Shown here piece by piece: positions 11,215 through 17,547 of a stretch of 17,547 bases of DNA (positions are counted from its first letter, which is position 1; every line of letters begins with the position of its first letter). The translations under genes and the position numbers were made by a program. Below the pieces are notes generated by a model, which worked only from the letters and a program-made list of their open reading frames with translations, was not told the origin of the DNA and ran no database searches. This DNA comes from Tubiluchus corallicola (taxonomy: Eukaryota; Animalia; Priapulida). The DNA is taken from NCBI GenBank assembly GCA_030141605.1, contig JAQGDQ010002025.1, positions 1 through 17,547 on the forward strand, written 5' to 3'.

Positions 11215-12719
11215 GTGAATCAGTGGTGCACACTGGGATGGCGATGCATCACTGTTCTCAGTGAATCAGTGGTGCACACTGGGATGGCGATGCATAACTG
11301 TTCTCAGTGAATCAGTGGTGCACACTGGGATGGCGATGCATAACTGTTCTCAGTGAATCAGTGGTGCACACTGGGATGGCGATGCATAACTGTTCTCAGT
11401 GAATCAGTGGTGCACACTGGGATGGCGATGCATAACTGTTCTCAGTGAATCAGTGGTGCACACTGGGATGGCGATGCATCACTGCTCTCAGTGAATCAGT
11501 GGTGCACACTGGGATGGCGATGCATCACTGTTCTCAGCAAATCAGTGGTGCACACTGGGATGGCAATGCATAACTGTTCTCAGTGAATCAGTGGTGCACA
11601 CTGGGATGGCGATGCATAACTGTTCTCAGTGAATCAGTGGTGCACACTGGGATGGCGATGCATAACTGTTCTCAGTGAATCAGTGGTGCACACTGGGATG
11701 GCGATGCATCACTGTTCTCAGTGAATCAGTGGTGCACACTGGGATGGCGATGCATAACTGTTCTCAGTGAATCAGTGGTGCACACTGGGATGGCGATGCA
11801 TAACTGTTCTCAGTGAATCAGTGGTGCACACTGGGATGGCAATGCATCACTGTTCTCAGTGAATCAGTGGTGCACACTGGGATGGCGATGCATAACTGTT
11901 CTCAGTGAATCAGTGGTGCACACTGGGATGGCGATGCATCACTGTTCTCAGCAAATCAGTGGTGCACACTGGGATGGCCATGCATCACTGTTCTCAGTGA
12001 ATCAGTGGTGCACACTGGGATGGCCATGCATCACTGTTCTCAGTGAATCAGTGGTGCACACTGGGATGGCGATGCATCACTGTTCTCAGCAAATCAGTGG
12101 TGCACACTGGGATGGCCATGCATCACTGTTCTCAGCGAATCAGTGGTGCACACTGGGATGGCGATGCATCACTGTTCTCAGTGAATCAGTGGTGCACACT
12201 GGGATGGCGATGCATCACTGTTCTCAGTGAATCAGTGGTACACACTGGGATGGCGATGCATAACTGTTCTCAGTGAATCAGTGGTACACACTGGGATGAC
12301 GATGCATAACTGTTCTCAGTGAATCAGTGGTGCACACTGGGATGGCGATGCATAACTGTTCCCAGTGAATCAGTGGTGCACACTGGGATGACGATGCATC
12401 ACTGCTCTCAGTGAATCAGTGGTGCACACTGGGATGGCGATGCATCACTGTTCTCAGTGAATCAGTGGTGCACACTGGGATGGCGATGCATCACTGTTCT
12501 CAGTGAATCAGTGGTGCACACTGGGATGGCGATGCATAACTGTTCTCAGTGAATCAGTGGTGCACACTGGGATGGCGATGCATCACTGCTCTCAGTGAAT
12601 CAGTGGTGCACACTGGGATGGCGATGCATAACTGTTCCCACTGAATCAGTGGTGCACACTGGGATGGCGATGCATCACTGTTCCCACTGAACCAGTGGTG
12701 CACACTGGGATGGCGATGC
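11215..12719 (-). repeat. 46-bp satellite, mirror copy
   Basis: Same length and variant order as 7057-8561; one difference seen (8187). Confidence 0.98.
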
Positions 12720-14704
12720 AGTGCTGTTTTACCAGGTGGCGCGAATATTTTAAATTTAAAGAATTTCCTTTTACAGTTACATAAATCTTTCAAACAGCCA
12801 AGCTTAATGCTTAGTAATAAGTTTGTACGAATATTTTTTGAGACGTATACAAATATTTTTTGATTAATGTATTGCAATTGTCAGGGCAATTTTTCTTGCT
12901 TTTTTTACCCTTTTTATTTCTTTTTGCTATTTGAAATTTTATCTTGCAAATGTTGTTTTTCTGAACATTAAAATATTCTCTTTTCTCTTTTGTGTTTTGT
13001 GTTTTGAACCATATATAATTATGTTTAGTGTTTGACTATATTTAGGAACGACTGGTTTTTGTTTTTTGTTTTTTGCTGTTGTTGTATTTTTGTTTTTTGT
13101 ATTTATGGACGTGTATGTGTATTTAATAGTTGTGTTCTGCTGTCATTAGCGTTTTTTGTTTACTATATTTCTGAGAAGGCTGGTTGACTCGATAACCTTT
13201 GGTTTTTCGCCACCCTTTCTCCCATGTTTGTTTGCATTTTTGTATATTTTATTGTAAATTTATGGAAAAAAACAAAACAAAATTACTAATTACTAAGTAT
13301 TTTAAAATTCCCTTTTCCCCTTTAAGTAATTCATGCCAATCATAGACGAGCATCACAGGTCCTTAAAGTAAAAGAGGCCCTAATATTAAACTGCAGGTCA
13401 AAAGAATCTGTTCTTTAAAATATTGAAAGGGAACATACTGTTTTACCTTATGACTTACGTGAGAGAATTATTACCACACAAAGACAATTTCACGTTCGCG
13501 CCACTAGTTCTTCACTGTTACATGCATTTCGCCATTCGCTAGTTAGACGGGCACTAGCCCCTGCGTTTCGAAAGTGCTGTGCCTCTCATTTCAGATGTGT
13601 TCGTTTGTGACGTACTGCACAAGTTCGACAGTTCATGCGTGAGTACAGCGGTAAATTTGAAATTTTATCTTAAAACTTGCCTTGCTTTAGCATGACACAC
13701 TACATCTCTTGCAGTAGCACTGTAGTTCAATTTTTGCCTTCACAAACACGTGGAACACGCTCAGGGAGTATTTTCGATGTTGAAAATTATGTTAGTTTGT
13801 GATGTGATCATCATTTGGGCTCGCCCGCCGTTAACTAAGATGTTAAACTATTATTTAATTATCAGAAGCGCTTTGCAGTATTACTGTTACACTTTTTACC
13901 GTACTTGAAAATGGGGACAGTATCATCGTGTCTTCCCTTAAATGCAAAAAACAAAGAACGTATTTCTAATAGGTTTCTTCCCTTCCACCCAACAAAGTGC
14001 TAGACAGGATTAGTAAAATGGTTTCTTTTGTTGAGAAACGTGTGTCTTTAGGAAGCCATAAGTCTCACGAGAAACGTGAGAAAGCTATTTGAATCCACTG
14101 TCACTTGCTCCGAGTCGAGCACCCCCCCCCCCCACAATCTACCGCCTCCGTTTCCTAAAGCAAGCACTCAAACATAAACTGTTTGCATTGTGGAAATTAA
14201 ATATGCTGGGCACAGTTTTGTTTGCTGCTAAGAAAATTCGTCTCGGCTGATCGAATTAGCACAAACTCTAAACTCAATAGAATACAAACTCGAGGGTTTC
14301 ACCTTTTGTGCAACGTCGCTTAGAAGTTGCGAAGCCACTAATGTCGCCGTGACGTCATCGCCTCGTGAAGCCGGTCACGTGGACTGCATAAAGGTGAGCA
14401 AACAGAAAGCAAAGGTGATGAGCATTGATGAATTAAATTTCCCACCTATGGTGTGTCAAACACAAAGGTGCACTTTCCTATTCTATGCGCTAATAGGTTT
14501 TGACGTTACGTGACGTACGACTCATACGGGGTGTTCTGAAACTTTGTCCAAATATTGTGAATGTTGATGGACCTAAAGGTTAGAGTCAACTAAATGCAAA
14601 AATTGGAAGATAATAGGGCTCATTATATCTGCAGGGCGACAGAAAGAGAGGGTCGGGGTCGGTGACCTTAAGTTGGGTTCCTTGAAACTACAGCAGTTAC
14701 ACCA

Positions 14705-15579
<875 letters not shown>

Positions 15580-15583
15580 TAAA

Positions 15584-15584
<1 letters not shown>

Positions 15585-15615
<31 letters not shown>

Positions 15616-16022
15616 ATGACTGAATGAACGAATAAGCGAATAAATGAACAAATAAATGGAATGAACGAATGAATGAATGAATGAATGAATGAACGAATGA
15701 ATGAATGAATAGACGAATGAATGAATGGACGAATGGACGAATGAACGAATGAACGAATGAACGAATGAACGAATGAACGAATGAACGAATGAACGAATGA
15801 ACGAATGAATGAATGAACGAACGAACGAATGAATGAATAGACGAATGAATGAATTAATGAATGAACGAATGAATGAATGAACGAATGAATGAATGAACGA
15901 ATGAACGAATGAATGAACGAATGAACGAATGAATGAATGAATGAATGAATGAATGAATGAATCGACGAATGAATGAATGAACGAATGAATGAATGAACGA
16001 ATGCATGAACGAACGAACGAAT
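15585..16022 (-). repeat. (AAT)n and (GAAT/GAAC)n microsatellite, mirror copy
   Basis: Directly visible. Confidence 0.97.
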
Positions 16023-16815
16023 AAATACATAAAGAAATGAATAATTAAATAAATAAATGATTTAACAAACATGAGCTCGAATAACATAAACAGTCTCAAA
16101 CCTTAAGATGGCTACATACTTCACTGCACTAAATGTCATGCATTTGCATCTAATGATGTAACTGCATGTTTTAAGGCCATTAGGCACATCGTTAGGAATC
16201 ACTTATTTTCCCCGAAGTATTTAGATGTCGAATCCACAGTGAGGGAACTAAGATACAAAAATACCTTTTATTCCTACTACCCAACGAATGTGAATTGCTT
16301 TGTCTGGCATTACGACGTCTGGAACTATTATTAATGTGCAATGGTTCATTTTAGCTTTTATCGAACACGTTGTAGAGACAAATATAGCAACGATAGGCTA
16401 GAGAAATAAGAGATATAATGAAGTTTTTGCACTGAATGCTCCGCGAGCACTGGGACTCAAGACAAAGAATAGATTAGATACTTTGCAATGTAGCAGCGTA
16501 TACCAGCAGAGTAAACAAACATGGGAAAGGCATTAACATCACCCACATTTGTTGCAAAATTACCTAGTGCTATCAGCAGCACAAAAATAATCACCATCCC
16601 CGCGCATGGATCTGCCCTCATCGCTGTCTTCATCAGCAAACGCAAGACATCATTAGAGAAACAGCTTTGTCTCTCAAAACATCCGCTGTTTTCAGCAAAT
16701 GGACACTTGTTTGGTAATTAGTGTGGGTCCAATACAAACTGATGAGTAGTGAAATATAAAGAAAGGCGAGAGGACATTATGGCTGTGATTATGTTTGCCA
16801 AGCTGTGACAGGTTG

Positions 16816-16923
16816 ATCACGTTGAAAACACCGGTTCTCGTCTGATCACCGAAGTTAAGCAACGTAGAGCCTGGTTAGTGCTTGGATGGGTGACCGCCTA
16901 GGAATACCAAGTGCTGTAGGTTT
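16816..16923 (+). pseudogene. 5'-truncated 5S rRNA copy
   Basis: Box A-like AGTTAAGCAACG and box C-like GGATGGGTGACC are retained; the 5' strand of helix I is missing; it ends in TTT only. Confidence 0.92.
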
Positions 16924-17305
16924 GCGGGATGCCAACACTGTATCGACACTAGGCGAAGGAGCTGTACAAGCAGCCAACGGCTAGAGGGCGGAGGAGGTCA
17001 AGTGACCCAACGGCCATGTGTAGAGGAGTAAACCTTCCAAATCAGGAGTGGAGCCCCGAAGGCGGACCAGTGCAGCATGCTCACTGACTCAGCAGCTCCT
17101 GCAGCCAGCCTGGTGCCAAACGTATCGCTCCGCTTTCCTTTGGACTACACCAGGGAGGAAGAGAGAGGGTTCCTGTATAATGGGGAACTCAGGACGTCCA
17201 TACACCTTGCCCGGGCGTGCGCCCTGGAGACGTTCAAGCATCGGACTCTCTTGGCGCACATTCCATTGTCTTCCGAGACAGAAGGATGCCAACAACGCAA
17301 CAAAA
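16816..17305 (+). mobile_element. Putative 5S-headed SINE (SINE3-like) with RTE-like body and CAA-rich tail
   Basis: 5S head 16816-16923 runs into a GC-rich body (GGAGTAAACC...GGAGTGGAGCCCC...CTCCTGCAGCCAGCCTGGTGCCAAACGTATCGCTCCGCTTTCCTTTGGAC) ending CCATTGTCTTCCGAGACAGAAGGATGCCAACAACGCAACAAAA, which I recall as RTE-type UTR sequence. No TTTT run on this strand. No clear TSD. Confidence 0.65.
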
Positions 17306-17403
17306 GTCACATTAATGACTGAACACGTGACAGCTCTTGTGCCGAGACGTGTTACAGTTGCTATGACGAATAGGTGCGGTTGCTAGGGCAAAATGTGTGA
17401 CAG

Positions 17404-17547
17404 TTCTTCAAAGCCTCATTCCACCTATTACAGGTATTGAGGCATCAACATTTATCAGAGTATTCCAAACACTTCTTCTACTCCTAAAGACAGATTTGGT
17501 TGAAGCTGTTGAACATCTTTATTCATCTTAGCTATCCAAGTTGTTTT
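17404..17547 (-). pseudogene. RTE-clade LINE relic, partial mirror copy
   Basis: Minus strand reads KTTWIAKMNKDVQQLQPNLSLGVEE; five substitutions relative to the left copy. Confidence 0.6.

Overview
Non-coding, repeat-rich animal DNA, probably from an invertebrate: the 5S-derived sequence is of the invertebrate (lophotrochozoan-like) type. I cannot support any intact protein-coding gene; the listed ORFs are by-products of repeats or are unsupported. The window is dominated by a giant inverted duplication. Positions 2232-9582 recur reverse-complemented at 10193-17547 (arms about 7.35 kb, near-identical, right arm cut by the window edge). The 610-bp spacer between them is satellite DNA, mostly a 30-bp array, and the strand switch falls exactly on the palindromic CTTAAG core of that satellite. 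Each arm carries a 5S-rRNA-headed SINE-like element with an RTE-like body and tail, a (TTCA/TTCG)n microsatellite, a stepwise compound microsatellite attached to a tRNA-headed SINE relic, about 33 copies of a 46-bp satellite, and a 45/46-bp satellite. The unique left part holds a 23/24-bp minisatellite with 70/140-bp higher-order structure, an RTE LINE relic and a degenerate 5S fragment. The palindrome could be real or a fold-back/amplification/assembly artefact; the sequence alone cannot decide. Family assignments are from memory, not from searches.
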